From contig OZ024741.1 in assembly GCA_964016885.1 (NCBI GenBank), positions 118,110,001 through 118,174,000 of the forward strand: DNA of 64,000 nt. Reading direction: 5' to 3'. The notes below the pieces were generated by a model. That model made no database searches, was not told the origin of the DNA, and saw nothing but the letters and a program-made list of their open reading frames with translations. Shown here in pieces: positions 1-12,850 of the stretch. Every line of letters starts with the position of its first letter. The stretch's first letter is position 1. This DNA is from Eledone cirrhosa (taxonomy: Eukaryota). Both the position numbers and the translations under genes were made by a program.

Positions 1-1954
1 TTCCACAATTAGAGCGACCACATTTTTTGATACTTGGTTGTGGGTTTGTGGTAGGTAATTTGGCATTGGTGAGTAATGTTTTCAGTGATTTTGGTTGTCT
101 TTTGCTTTTGATTATTTTGTGTGTTTCAAGGGCTTTTTTCATTCTTGGGTTTTGTTTTAGTAGTGGGATGTTATTGTGAATAGTGTTGTAGGCTTCCGCA
201 TTTCTTGGGTTGTGTGTTGAGATATATGATAGAATATTGGACGTACCTTGAATTTGTTTCTGTTTCCGTAATTCATCAATGCCTATTGCTTTAGCCCTTT
301 CTATTCCATTATTTATTAGTAATAGTGGGTACTCTCTCTCAAGTAGAATTTCCTTTAATTCTTGAAGTCTTTTATTTCGCGTTTCATAATTGGAGACAAT
401 TGTGCAAATTCTTCTTGCTAGGTTAAAAGGAATGTTCGTCTTCGTGTGCTTTGGATGGTTGGAGGTGAATAGCAGATATTGTTTGGAATCTGTTGGTTTG
501 TAGTGTATGTCAGTTTCGATATTTGTGTCTTTTTTTGTGATTAAGATGTCCAGAAATGGGAGTTGATCTTGGCTGTATTCCATTGTGAATTGGATGTGGT
601 TATTGATGCCGTTTATTAAGTTTTTGAAATCCTTCAGTTGGTCGAGTGTGTGGGACCAAAGAATGAGGCAATCATCCAAGTAGCGTTTCCAATTCTCTGA
701 TAAATATTTGTGGAAGTTCAATCCGTATTTTGATTTGGACTGTTCATATATCTGGACTTCTAAGTATGCCATGACTAAGTTGGCATAAGTTGGAGCGGCT
801 TTTGTGCCCATCGCAGTCCCCGATATTTGCTTGTAAGTATTGCCATCGAAATCAAAAAAGTTGTTCTGTAGGATGAATTTTAATCCCTCGGTGATGAAGC
901 TTTTTTCTATTCTGTCAGGTATCTCATTGGGATATTTCTCTAGCCAGAATCCTATTGCTTCTAGTCCGTATTGGTGTGGGATCGTTGTGTAGAGATTCAC
1001 TACATCGAAAGACACAATAATAGTGTCGTTGTTGACATGTTTGGGGAGGTGGTTTAAGAGGTCCAGATCGTCTCTTACAAGGCTTGGTATGTGTTTCAGT
1101 ATTGGTTTCAGTAGTATGTCTATAAAGTTGCTCAATCTGTGTGTTTCACATTGTGGGCCCGCTACAATTGGTCTTAATTTAAGGTCTGTGGGGTATTGTG
1201 TGTTCACGCAGGCTGAGGTGGATTGTTTACAGGCATCGTTGATTATTTTACATTTGTGGATCTTCGGAAGTCCGTAAAGGTTGCTGGTTTTGTATTCAAA
1301 ATGTGTTAAATAATCGCGTTCCTTTTTAGTTAGGTCTTCCTGGTATCGATAAATCAGTGTGTTTAATTTGGTCATTATTTTTGATTGCTGGTAGTTTTTT
1401 ACTCTTTTATAGTAATTAGCATTTTGTAAGAGAGAGAACATAGAATTTTTATATTTTTCAGCCTCCATAATGACAACAGTACTTCCCTTGTCCGCTTCCT
1501 TAATTACAATGTCCGGATTGTTTTTTAGTTCATGGATAATCTCCCATTCCCTTCGACTTGTGTTGGGTTTGGGTTTAGGTTGCGGTAGTTCATGGTATGG
1601 GAAGGTAGCTATGTGGTCACAAAATTTGTCCAGAACTCTGTTTCTACCTTTTGTTGGGTTGTAGCTGCTTTTATTCCGTACAATTGATTCGTCGTTATTC
1701 TCCTTGTCAAAGAATTCCTCTGTGAGACGTAATTTTCTACAGAAGTGTGAGATATCGTCATTTATCTCGTTGGGGTTAGGATATTGTGGTGTTGGTGTGA
1801 ATTTCAGACCTTTGGAGAGAATTTTTACTTGTTGGGCTGAGAGGTTTGTATTTGAAATGTTAATTATTTTCGGTTTTTCAAAATCGGTTTGTGCCACCGG
1901 GTGTCGTGAGTCCTGTAGCCTTGGTCTAAAAAATGATTTTTCTGGAATGTTTTT
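1..1954 (-). CDS. Penelope-like element reverse transcriptase frame (runs off the window start; missing from the ORF track)
   Basis: Hand translation of the minus frame after the TGA at 1957-1955 gives LSKGLKFTPTP, IKEADKGSTVVIM, YGLPKIHK, RPIVAG, SFDVVNLY, GTAMGTKAAPTYANL, WKRYLDD, FLDI, DIHYKPTD and NIPFNLARRI. No stop was seen in the stretches translated. The first in-frame ATG is at 1468. Confidence 0.93.
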
Positions 1955-2454
1955 TCATTGGTATTATTATATCTAATGGTATTTCCCCTGTTGTTGTGTG
2001 GTCTTGTATAGAAGTTTCGGACGTATTGAGGTTCGGTTTGTTGATAGTCCGGGTTGTAGATTTGGTTCCTTTGTGTGGGTTGGGATCTATGGTTTTGGAA
2101 CAGGCTCTGTGTGGGCAGGGGTCTACGGTTTTGGAATAGGTTTTGTGTGGGTTGTGATCTGCGGATCAGGTCCTGCCTTGTGTTCGGGGATCTTTGGTTT
2201 TTGTTAGTAGGGTTATAGTTTTGTCTATGGTTTCTGGGATTATCGTTATAGTTTTGCTGGGGGTATGTTGGACGTTTTGTTACTTTTTTTGTTATTTGTT
2301 GTGCATGTGGTGTGTGAGTTTTAGTTTGTTTTAAAAATGGGTTACCTGTATGTTGTTCATTTTTGAAGTCCATTTCGTAGTTGTTGAACCAGGTGGCGTT
2401 TTTTTCCCATCGCTGGACTCTTTTTTTCCCACCTGAACTCTGACAGCTGGCCAT
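1864..2454 (-). CDS. Upstream N/Q/R-rich ORF (ORF1-like) of the same Penelope-like element
   Basis: About 196-aa low-complexity basic ORF with internal repeats (RSQPTQNLFQN/RPLPTQSLFQN/RSQPTQRNQ). It overlaps the RT frame by about 90 nt. Confidence 0.65.
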   Translation of the reverse strand: MASCQSSGGKKRVQRWEKNATWFNNYEMDFKNEQHTGNPFLKQTKTHTPHAQQITKKVTKRPTYPQQNYNDNPRNHRQNYNPTNKNQRSPNTRQDLIRRSQPTQNLFQNRRPLPTQSLFQNHRSQPTQRNQIYNPDYQQTEPQYVRNFYTRPHNNRGNTIRYNNTNEKTFQKNHFLDQGYRTHDTRWHKPILKNRK

Positions 2455-2891
2455 ATTCACTGAACCAGAAGATTTCTCCCAATCCCTTTTCCCTTGACCA
2501 CTATCTCTCCATTGTCATAACATTCATTATAAAGACTACAGAATAGTTTTCCAAATAAGGGCGCAAAAATGTAATGAAAACTTGTTCACGTGACAGCCAA
2601 ATTTCATTTATAACCAACCAAAAAAAAGCCTTCGTGAGCCTCATTTTTTCAAGTAAAAAGAAATTCAAACATTCATATATGAAAAAACAACCTGTGACAC
2701 CCCCCCCCCCCTCTCTTATTTGAAGAACTATTGTAACGCGAACTGGCGCGAAATTTATTATAATTATTGACAAACCAATCAAATTACTTCTCGAAAAACC
2801 TGGTTTTCGAGCCAGTTTTTCCATATAAAACAAGTAACATTTAGAGACCAACCAGATGTGAGAAAAACCACAGACCCTCCATCTCAACTCA

Positions 2892-2929
2892 CCTTTTGAA
2901 AAGCAGAAGAACTGCGAAACCGGTAAAGG
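2892..2929 (+). ncRNA. Minimal type I hammerhead ribozyme motif, U3-A8 core variant
   Basis: CCTT-TTGAAAA-GCAG(aagaa)CTGC-GAA-ACCGGT-A-AAGG. Stems I and II pair, stem III is palindromic, the triplet is GUA. Confidence 0.7.
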
Positions 2930-3061
2930 AACCAAATAAATATATATATTTAAAAAAAAAATAAGACTTCAGTTGCATTTTCGATTTCATCCCTTTTTCT
3001 TTATACTTCCACTCGTGTAGGACACCTCGGTTATTTTTCATTTTGTAAAAAAAAACCTCAC

Positions 3062-4216
<1,155 letters not shown>

Positions 4217-4217
<1 letters not shown>

Positions 4218-4790
4218 GGTGGCTGCCAACTCGTTTTCGAGTACGGCCACTACTTTATATCCATGTAGGAGAACCCCTACCGATGCGCTGAACGAGTGTG
4301 ACTTTTTAGTCCAGCCAGCGACTAAACTCTGGCACAAACACCCCACTTGTGACCATTATTGACATATAGTGCTGGGCCCATGGTGCATGTGATGACAAGT
4401 GCAGAGATATCTCCAGATATAAAGCAATGCCTGTGCCGTGAAGCTTTTATAGTGAGCAAAGGCACTGCACAAAGCCAGTCCCACTCTCTTAACCAAGATG
4501 ATATTTACCAAAAAGAAGAACAAGTCAACATCATTGGATACCATCAGGGTTGCAGGTGTTATATCAGAGTTTTCCTTCTCCTAGAATTCTGCCTTGACAA
4601 AGGCTAAGGGGTCATCTCTCCCTGTGATTTTGGATGGCCATTGACTCTTAAGAGCTCCTTTGCCCTTTGACAGGTCTTGTTTTTAGTCCTGCAGGATGTC
4701 CAAAGTCACCCTCCTCACCAAGAAACCTTGGTGGGGTTGCCAGTTTAGTCGCCAACGACCCGACCATGAGACAGGTTGTACTGGGATACA
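4217..4790 (+). mobile_element. Non-coding SINE-like interspersed repeat
   Basis: The first roughly 310 bp recur at 5519-5827 and a diverged reverse copy lies at about 58985-59443. It ends in (TACA)n. Confidence 0.7.
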
Positions 4791-4819
4791 TTCATACATA
4801 CATACATACATACATAAAC

Positions 4820-5520
4820 ACATTAAAAGCTACAGCAATGTGGAAGACATCCATGTACATAATATGAAAGAGTACTGGTGGAATGTTCCAGTAAAAACCC
4901 CAATAAAATGCAGGCATAACAGACCAGATATTATGATATGGGACAGGGAGAAGGCATGTGCAGTAGTGGAAATTAGCTGCCCAGCAGATGCCAATATAAT
5001 ATCAAAGATTAGTGAAAAGGAGAATATTTATGCAGAACTGATGAGAAATCTGCACATACTCCACCCTGATTACACCTTCAGATTTATGCCTGTGATTATT
5101 GGGACACTGGGGTATGTTAGTAACTGCCTCAATACAAATCTTGAGAAGCTAGGGTTGACAGGAACAGAAAGAACACAACTAGTTAGGAAATTACAAGTAC
5201 AATCCATTAATGGAACAGTAAAAATATGTAAAACATTTCAAAAATTTTACATCTAATAACTGCATATACACATGTACAGATGCAAAGCTTATACACATGC
5301 ACACATACAACTCAAAACATACACATCCACACATTTAATAACATCCATATCTACACATGCATGCATACATACATATCTACCTAGTTGATGTTGTGTAAAT
5401 TCCAATGAGAGAGTCTTGTGTCTATGTTAGAAACCGACTCTCTCTCTACTGGTAAAACTTTGCGAAATTATAAAACCAGAAGAACATACATACATACATA
5501 CATACATACATACATACATG
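4820..5520 (+). mobile_element. 5'-truncated RLE-type non-LTR retrotransposon (R4/Dong-like): endonuclease C-terminus plus 3' UTR
   Basis: HNRPDIMIWDREKACAVVEISCP...KENIYAEL...MPVIIGTLG is a PD-(D/E)xK restriction-like endonuclease pattern. Stop at 5256. Flanked on both sides by (CATA)n. Confidence 0.8.
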
Positions 5521-5827
5521 GTGGCTGCCAACTCGTTTTCGAGTACGGCCACTACTTTATATCCATGCAGGAGAACCCCCTACCGATGCGCTGAACGAGT
5601 GTGACGTTTTAGTCCAGCCAGCGACTTGAAAACTCTGGTACAAACACTACACTTGTGACAATTATTGACACATAGTGCTGGGCCTATGGTACCATGTGAC
5701 GACAAGTGCAGAGAGATCTCCAGATATAAAGCAATGCCTGTGCCGTGAAGCTTTTATAGTGAGCAAAGGCACTGCACAAAGCCAGTCCCACTCTCTTAAC
5801 CAAGATGATATTTACCAAAAAGAAGAA
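5519..5827 (+). mobile_element. Second, partial copy of the 4217-4790 repeat
   Basis: Near-identical to 4217-4520. Confidence 0.8.
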
Positions 5828-6279
5828 TATACATACATACATAATTACATACATATAAACAATTTTTTTCTTTCCTATATATTTTTTGAATGATAACATA
5901 CAAGAAAAATAGAGTTACTTGAAAAGAAATGGCGATTGAGAAGATTTAAGCTCAATGTATTTATACGGATAGAAATATAGTGAGGATATTTTAAAGGGAG
6001 AGAAAAAATGCCGCAACTTTAACACAGAACATAGAAAACAAATTAAGATAACAGAAAAAAGTTCTATGAAAGAACTCGTTTCTGTCATCTTTAATTTGTC
6101 ATATATATATATATCAATACTGGAATTGAATAATCAAAACCGTAGCGGTATGTCACATATCAAATCATATATTTTGTCTGGTGAAAACGTACTTAAACAC
6201 CACTGTACCTTTGAAATATGTATAATAAAATATATATTTTGATTCTGAGAATATTTTTCATTTATTAACATTTTGAATA

Positions 6280-6620
<341 letters not shown>

Positions 6621-7261
6621 ATATATGATGGACTCTCCCGTCGATTCGACATATGACGATTCAATGGTCTTTTCAGTTCATTGTTTTATGTATGCCTCAA
6701 ATGGCACTTCAATCCAGCTGCTGATTTACACACAAACACACACTCATGCGCGCGGACACACATACACACACATATATATATAACATATATCGTATATGTA
6801 TTCATATACAGCTCTATTATTCAGAGCATACATACATTATGATCAAAAGACAGTCTTACGTGTTCTCTTTACAATTCATAGCTTTTGGATCGTTTTCTAG
6901 TTTTTGACACTTGAGATCAGCTAGAGGATTTTGCAGTGGAATTTGTTCGGCTTCTATTGTGTCTCTGTTGTTGTTGTTGTTGTAGTTATTGTTGTTGGTA
7001 TTGTCACTGATGTTAAAGATGGTCTTACTTTTGTCGGTAACGCTCTTGTTTAAATCTTCGCTAATGTTACTCTTTCGGTTACTTTAATAAAGAAAAAAAG
7101 AAAATTATGTTATAGTTTGTTAATGTTCTTTCGTGTAAAAGATAAACGAATATTACTAACTCACTGTCTCTCTCTCACTCACTCTCTTTGAATTTCTGTC
7201 TCTCTTTCTTTCTCATTCTCTTACTTACATACACACACACACACGCACACACACACATATT

Positions 7262-7297
<36 letters not shown>

Positions 7298-7525
7298 AAG
7301 AGAGAATATATGTGTGCACGCGTACGTATCACACATGATCAACAGATCATTACCATTATCACTACTACCGTCTACAATGTGGTGGCGATAGCAATAGTGA
7401 TAATAAGACAACAGGTTTCTGTAGCTATTATTTTATCTAAACATGGTGGACTTTGAAGCTTTCCTACAGATTACTAGTTATTTCATATCATACTTCGTAT
7501 CTGCCATTTCATTTCTCCCCTCTCT

Positions 7526-7578
<53 letters not shown>

Positions 7579-7582
<4 letters not shown>

Positions 7583-7920
7583 ATATTAATAAATAGAAAC
7601 TATATTTATAAAACCATAATTATTTTATTATATATATTTCAAGGGCAACCAAGGCAATTTTGGTGCGCTTTCATCAGATAAAATACAAAATATGTTTTAT
7701 AAATGTTGACATACCTGTAGAAAAACAACCTTGACGGTTGAAGTTTCGAGCGAACCTTCAACCGTCAAGGTTGTTTTTCTACGGGTATGTCAACATTTTA
7801 AAAACATATTTTGTATTTTATCTGATGAAAGCGCACCAAAATTGCCTTGGTTGCCCTTGAAATATATATAATAAAATAATTATGGTTTTATAAATATAGT
7901 TTCTATTTATTAATATATTG
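7579..7920. repeat. Long near-perfect palindrome (arms about 170 bp) beside (TA)n
   Basis: The arms are reverse complements around a centre at about 7750. A related single-arm copy lies at about 38230-38405. Confidence 0.92.
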
Positions 7921-8008
7921 AATATTTACTCCAGTAAACTGTTGAGTGCTTTATATCAGTTATAAAACTTTTAAGCTTGTTGAATCCCAACAAATTAAAT
8001 ATAACTTC

Positions 8009-8050
<42 letters not shown>

Positions 8051-8175
8051 TTACGTAATTCCCCTATTATAAGACAGATTTTATATTATTTTTCCTCAAA
8101 AGAGGCACTAGGCACTAGGAATTACTTTCAGGGTAGGGCTTATATTTTTATACACACACAAAAAAAAACAACAGA

Positions 8176-8885
8176 TCTCTGAATTTGAATGCAATAGTGT
8201 CTGCATCCCTCGTTCTGACTCCCTTATCCACCAACGCTTCTTACTTTATCCTGTAGGTCGCCCTGGACCTGCCAGTTTTGTGGGCTTCTTTGGCTTTAGG
8301 TAGTCTCAAGTTGCAGATAACTAGATGGTGATCAGTTGACAGCTTAGCCCCTCTCTTGACACGAACATCCAGCAGAGAATCGAAGAGATCAGAGACAACA
8401 ACAAAATCAATTATTGATCTCTGTCCCTGATTCCCCTTATATCATGTATATTTATGGATGTCTCTGTGGTGGAAGATGTTCATAATAGAGAGTCCATTGC
8501 TAGAACATATGTTTAATAAGGCCTCTCCATTCGTATTTAGATCGGGAGTCGCCATTCCTTCCAATCACTCCTTTCCATGTCAGGTGGTCAGTGCCAACAT
8601 GTGCATTGAAGTCTCCCATCAAGATATATGACTCAGTCTTAATTACATCTAATGCTGGAGTGACTTCATCAAAGATGGATCTGTATTCGGATTCCTTGTT
8701 TGGTGCACCACCCACAGAAACCTACCTTTTATCCTAAGCTTGAAGAGGCAAATCCTCTCTCCTAATGGGATCCAGTCCATAACACATTCTGGCAGCCGGG
8801 GCTTGTGAGTATCTCCACTCCTGCCTATGCATTTCTGGTGCTCCACCTGAATAGTGGCGTTTCCATCCTCCGTCCAAATCTACAG
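8176..8885 (-). pseudogene. Inverted APE endonuclease segment of a decayed RTE-type LINE
   Basis: Minus translation [10 protein letters not shown]...QRSIIDFVVVS...STDHHLVICNL, with stops and frameshifts. Confidence 0.85.
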
Positions 8886-8886
8886 C

Positions 8887-10231
8887 ATTCAGAGAACTCC
8901 CTGAGCAAACTGACGACGTTGAGACAGAGTGGAGATTGTTCAGCTCAGCAGTTCCTGTTTCAGATGTTAAATGCTGCGGGCAAAATATGCTTGGTGTGGC
9001 GCCGGATGGCAGGAGGACCCCTTCGTTCAATCAAGAGGTCATGGATACCATCCGAGGAAAATCTCTGCTTGGAAATAAGTCCTCCTTCTTGTACTTGCGG
9101 TACAAGCAGGCATGAAGAATCGCAGCAGAGACAATAAAGGCGTCAAAAGTTAAGACATGGGAGGACGTTGAGGTTAAGCTGGAATCCGACTTCAGATCAG
9201 CAAATAAAGTGTTCCAGCAGACCATCTCCGACTTCGTAATAAGAAGTCCTCCTCCACACCTAGTATCAGGAACGCGTCTGGGGTTCTCCTCTCTTCAGAG
9301 TGGTTCATACTCGCAAGGTGGAGAGAATGCTTTGCTGCTCTGGAAACGGTGACTAATCCCCCATAGCCTGAGATCACAAGAACAGTTAGAGTTGAAATGT
9401 GGCAAAGCCACTGGGGAAGATGAAATCTGGTCCGAGGTGTTAAAAGCCTTAAATATAGAAGGTATTCTCTGGCTGACTCGTGTGTGCCGGGTGGCCTGAA
9501 TCTCTGGAAAGGCACCTAAGCAATGGCAATCAGGAGTGATAATCCCAATTTTCAAAAAGAGAGACAAGAGAGATTGTTCCAATTACAGAGGGATCCCATT
9601 GTTAAGCCTCCCCAGTAAAGTCTATGCTAAGTGTCTGGAAAAGAGATGCAGGGAGATTGTTGAGTTCAAGCTAGCTGATGAACAGTTTGGTTTTGGTCCC
9701 AAACGCAGCAGAGCCAACCAAATATTCACACTCCGGCAGGTCTTTGAGAAATAGTGGAAGTATTGCCAAGAGGTATAATCTTGTTTTGTAGACCTCGAAA
9801 AGACGTTACTCGGGATCTACTGTGGAAGGTTGTGCAGGAGTATGATCGATGGTCAGCTTCTTGCTGCCCTAATGTCTCTATACGAATCCCTGGGTATTTG
9901 TGTTCGGATAAATGGTGCTAAATCGAAACCATTTAATGTGGAAGTCGGACTCCACCAAGAGTGCGTACTGTCACCTCTCTTGTTCATTATGTTCTGGAAC
10001 AGGATTGACATGCGCAGCCAGGTTGAAAGTCGTATCATGACTAGCGGGTGTAAAATCAGTCGGCTGGAAATTGCAGATGACATGGTGTTACTTAACTCGA
10101 CAGAAGGTGATGCCAAGTGCTGCATGGCTGGAATGAAAATCAATGCTGCGAAAACTGAGACACTCGACCTCTCAAGGAAGCCTGCTCAGTGCTCTCTACG
10201 TGTGAATGATGTGTCTTTTAAAGAGAGTTGA
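8887..10231 (+). pseudogene. Linker and RT segment of the same decayed RTE-type LINE
   Basis: IIPIFKKRDKRDCSNYRGIPLLS, EQFGF, GLHQECVLSPLLF and IADDMVLL, with multiple disablements. Confidence 0.9.
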
Positions 10232-10659
10232 AAAATACTTTTATGGGAGAAAGAGAGGGAGAGAGAGAAAGAGAAGAGACAGGAGGGGGAAAAATAAGAG
10301 TGAGATAACGACAAAAAGAAGGGAAGAGAGAGGAGGATAGGAAAAAAGAGCAAGAAAGAGAAAGGACGAGAAAGAGGTGGAGAGAAAGAGGGAATGGTAG
10401 AAATGTAACGTAGATACTGTTAGTTATACTTTAAATAGACCTAAGATCAAAAACATTTCAGTCATGACTATCATGCTTTTTCCCCTTAGGTATAGTATAT
10501 CTGGGACCATGTTGACTAGCGTGAATATCTTTTAAAAATCAGTCGATTGCAATTTGGGTGGCATTTGGTGACTCTTTCTAGAGGTCAAACCACCTCGGAG
10601 AGGACCCTCTTATAAGTTGTCTTTGTTGCTGCTAAAATTTTACAATTTGAGGGTTTTTT

Positions 10660-11150
10660 TCCGGCTCTGAGTTCATAACCTGCCACGGTCAACTTTGCCT
10701 TTCCTCTTTCCGAGGTTGGTAAAATAAAATACCAGTCAAGTATTGGGGTCGATGTAACCGACTTTACCTTACCCTCAAATTGCTGGTTTTGTGCCTAAAT
10801 TAGAAATCCATAAGAATGATGGATTAGCAGTTCGAACTCTTTACGTTCTGAGTTCAAATCCAGCTGAGGTTAACTTTGGCTTTCATTTTTCCAATGTTGA
10901 TTAAATGAAGTACCAGTCAAGTACCGGAGTTGATTTAATTGACTTTTCCCCTACCCTTAAAACTGCTGGCCTTGAACCTAAATTAGAAATCCTTATTATT
11001 TTAGCATGAGTTAGATTCGAACCCAGGAATACAATCGTCCATTGAAACTTGAGCCCAACGCCTTAATCACCCTATGTTAAATACTGGGACTGATATAATC
11101 AACTTTACCCTCTCCTGAAATTGTTGCCCTTATGCCTAAATTAGAAACTA
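10660..11150 (+). mobile_element. Cluster of decayed tRNA-derived SINE copies
   Basis: B-box-like gagttcaaatcc followed by the family core actttgcctttc...aaaataaagtaccagt. Confidence 0.8.
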
Positions 11151-11219
11151 TTATTTATTTATTTATTATTATTACTTAATTATTGATATTATTTTTTAAT
11201 CATTATTCATTCTTTACAA

Positions 11220-11463
11220 TCTATCTATATACTACTAAAACACTGTGATAGCTTGTCTGTACTGTAATACAGCCAAAAGGGCGCACAATGGAAAAATACT
11301 TTGAAAGGAAGTTGACCCTGAAATGCGAATATAAATGGAATAAAACAAGTTTCGCGTAAATCGGTGCACGGGTTCCCGAGATACGAGGTTTTTCCGGGTA
11401 CCTTCATAAATAGAGAGAGAGAGGAGGATAGAGAGAAAAAGGAGACAGATGGTGGTGTTGTTG

Positions 11464-11494
<31 letters not shown>

Positions 11495-11727
11495 GAGTGT
11501 GTGTAGATAGATCACAGGCACCCACTTATATATATATATATACACATTTATTTATATATACATACACACACGTATATATCTGGGCCTTCCAATTTCATTT
11601 CACATTATATACATTATATACATACATATCTGTGTACATTTTAATTATTTAAAAATTATTTTTAAGTGAACATGATTCTTTTAAAATATTTTGAAGTGAA
11701 CGACCCAACGGGTCACGGGTGGTCTTG
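11220..11727 (+). mobile_element. Non-autonomous Helitron
   Basis: Starts A|TCTATCTATATACTACTAAAA and ends with GC-rich GACCCAACGGGTCACGGGT followed by CTTG|T (degenerate CTAG). Inserted between A and T. Confidence 0.65.
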
Positions 11728-12118
11728 TATACATTAAAAGTACCCAGAACAAACCATCATTATAAAAACGTCATTAATATTTGGTTTCGTATGACCTAAT
11801 TTCTGTTCAGACTTTATTATTTTTGTCATTGATTTTATTGGTTCTAAGGGAAGTAGATTTAACAATAAATAACCGCGTCCACAATAATACCTCTCACATT
11901 GACCGTTGATCCCCCATCAGTCCCAAAATATAAATAATATAAACAAATAGAAGTGGAACGAAGACAAAAGGTTTATCTGTAGTTCACAGTTTATTAAAGT
12001 CAGTAGTTTTGTGGTCGGGTTAAACATAATTTCTGTCATTATCCGACGGCAACTTCGATACATTTTTTTGGTTCCATTTTCGTTTATTTCTGTTTGTTTT
12101 TTTTTACTTCCACTAAAC

Positions 12119-12276
12119 ATGGAAGTCGATTATTCAGAAGAAAGACGCCCTCTGTTACAACCTGGTAGTGTATCGTCTGGAAAACGCCATGTTGAAAATT
12201 ACGAAGACTCACTTCAAGTACCACATGGATGTATCTGGCGATATTTTCTGTCGATATTTCAGAAAATTTCAGAATG
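12119..12276 (+). CDS. SLC16-family gene, coding exon 1
   Basis: MEVDYSEERRPLL..., donor TG|gtaaat, phase 2. Confidence 0.75.
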
Positions 12277-12794
12277 GTAAATATAACCATATTTTTTTAA
12301 TTGTTGTTACTATTGTTGTTACGTGAAACAGAGGAAAATTATGAATTTAAAACACAAAAAAATTGATCGAATATTTAGAAAAATAAAATACACACATAAC
12401 AAAATTGGGAAAATGACTGAATATAACAAGTACAAAAATGCACACACATACTCCTCTGGAAGACTGACTGAATATTTCATAACACGTTAGTGGTGCAAGT
12501 TTCTCAAATCAATTTCTTAAAAAGTAACGCAAATTTTCCAAAACGTAGTAGACTGTGTTTATTCCAGAATTAAAATTTTTTATCTATTTTTTTTTTTTTT
12601 GTTGAGCCAATGAGGGAATGGCAATGCCCATGACCAGTTAGTGGGCATTTAAGACTGGTGGGAGAGAGAGATGGAATGTGTGTTGGGACTGATTTTATAG
12701 TAAACTCCTGTAAAGGTATCCAAACACCAATAGGTGCTGTTAAACTGAACGACGGATTAAACCTATCGAGTTAAGTTTTCCATCCATGTTATTA

Positions 12795-12850
<56 letters not shown>

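Noticed and set aside
1023-2207. Plus-strand short ORFs
   Set aside because: Antisense shadows of the Penelope-like ORFs.
2716-2764. Possible second hammerhead (TTGAAGA...CGCGAAATTTATT)
   Set aside because: Stem II is not adjacent to the core and stem III is unconvincing.
5407-5444. GAGAGAGTC/GACTCTCTC hairpin containing GAAACC in the RLE 3' UTR
   Set aside because: No CUGANGA-like core in the right position; it is only a stem-loop.
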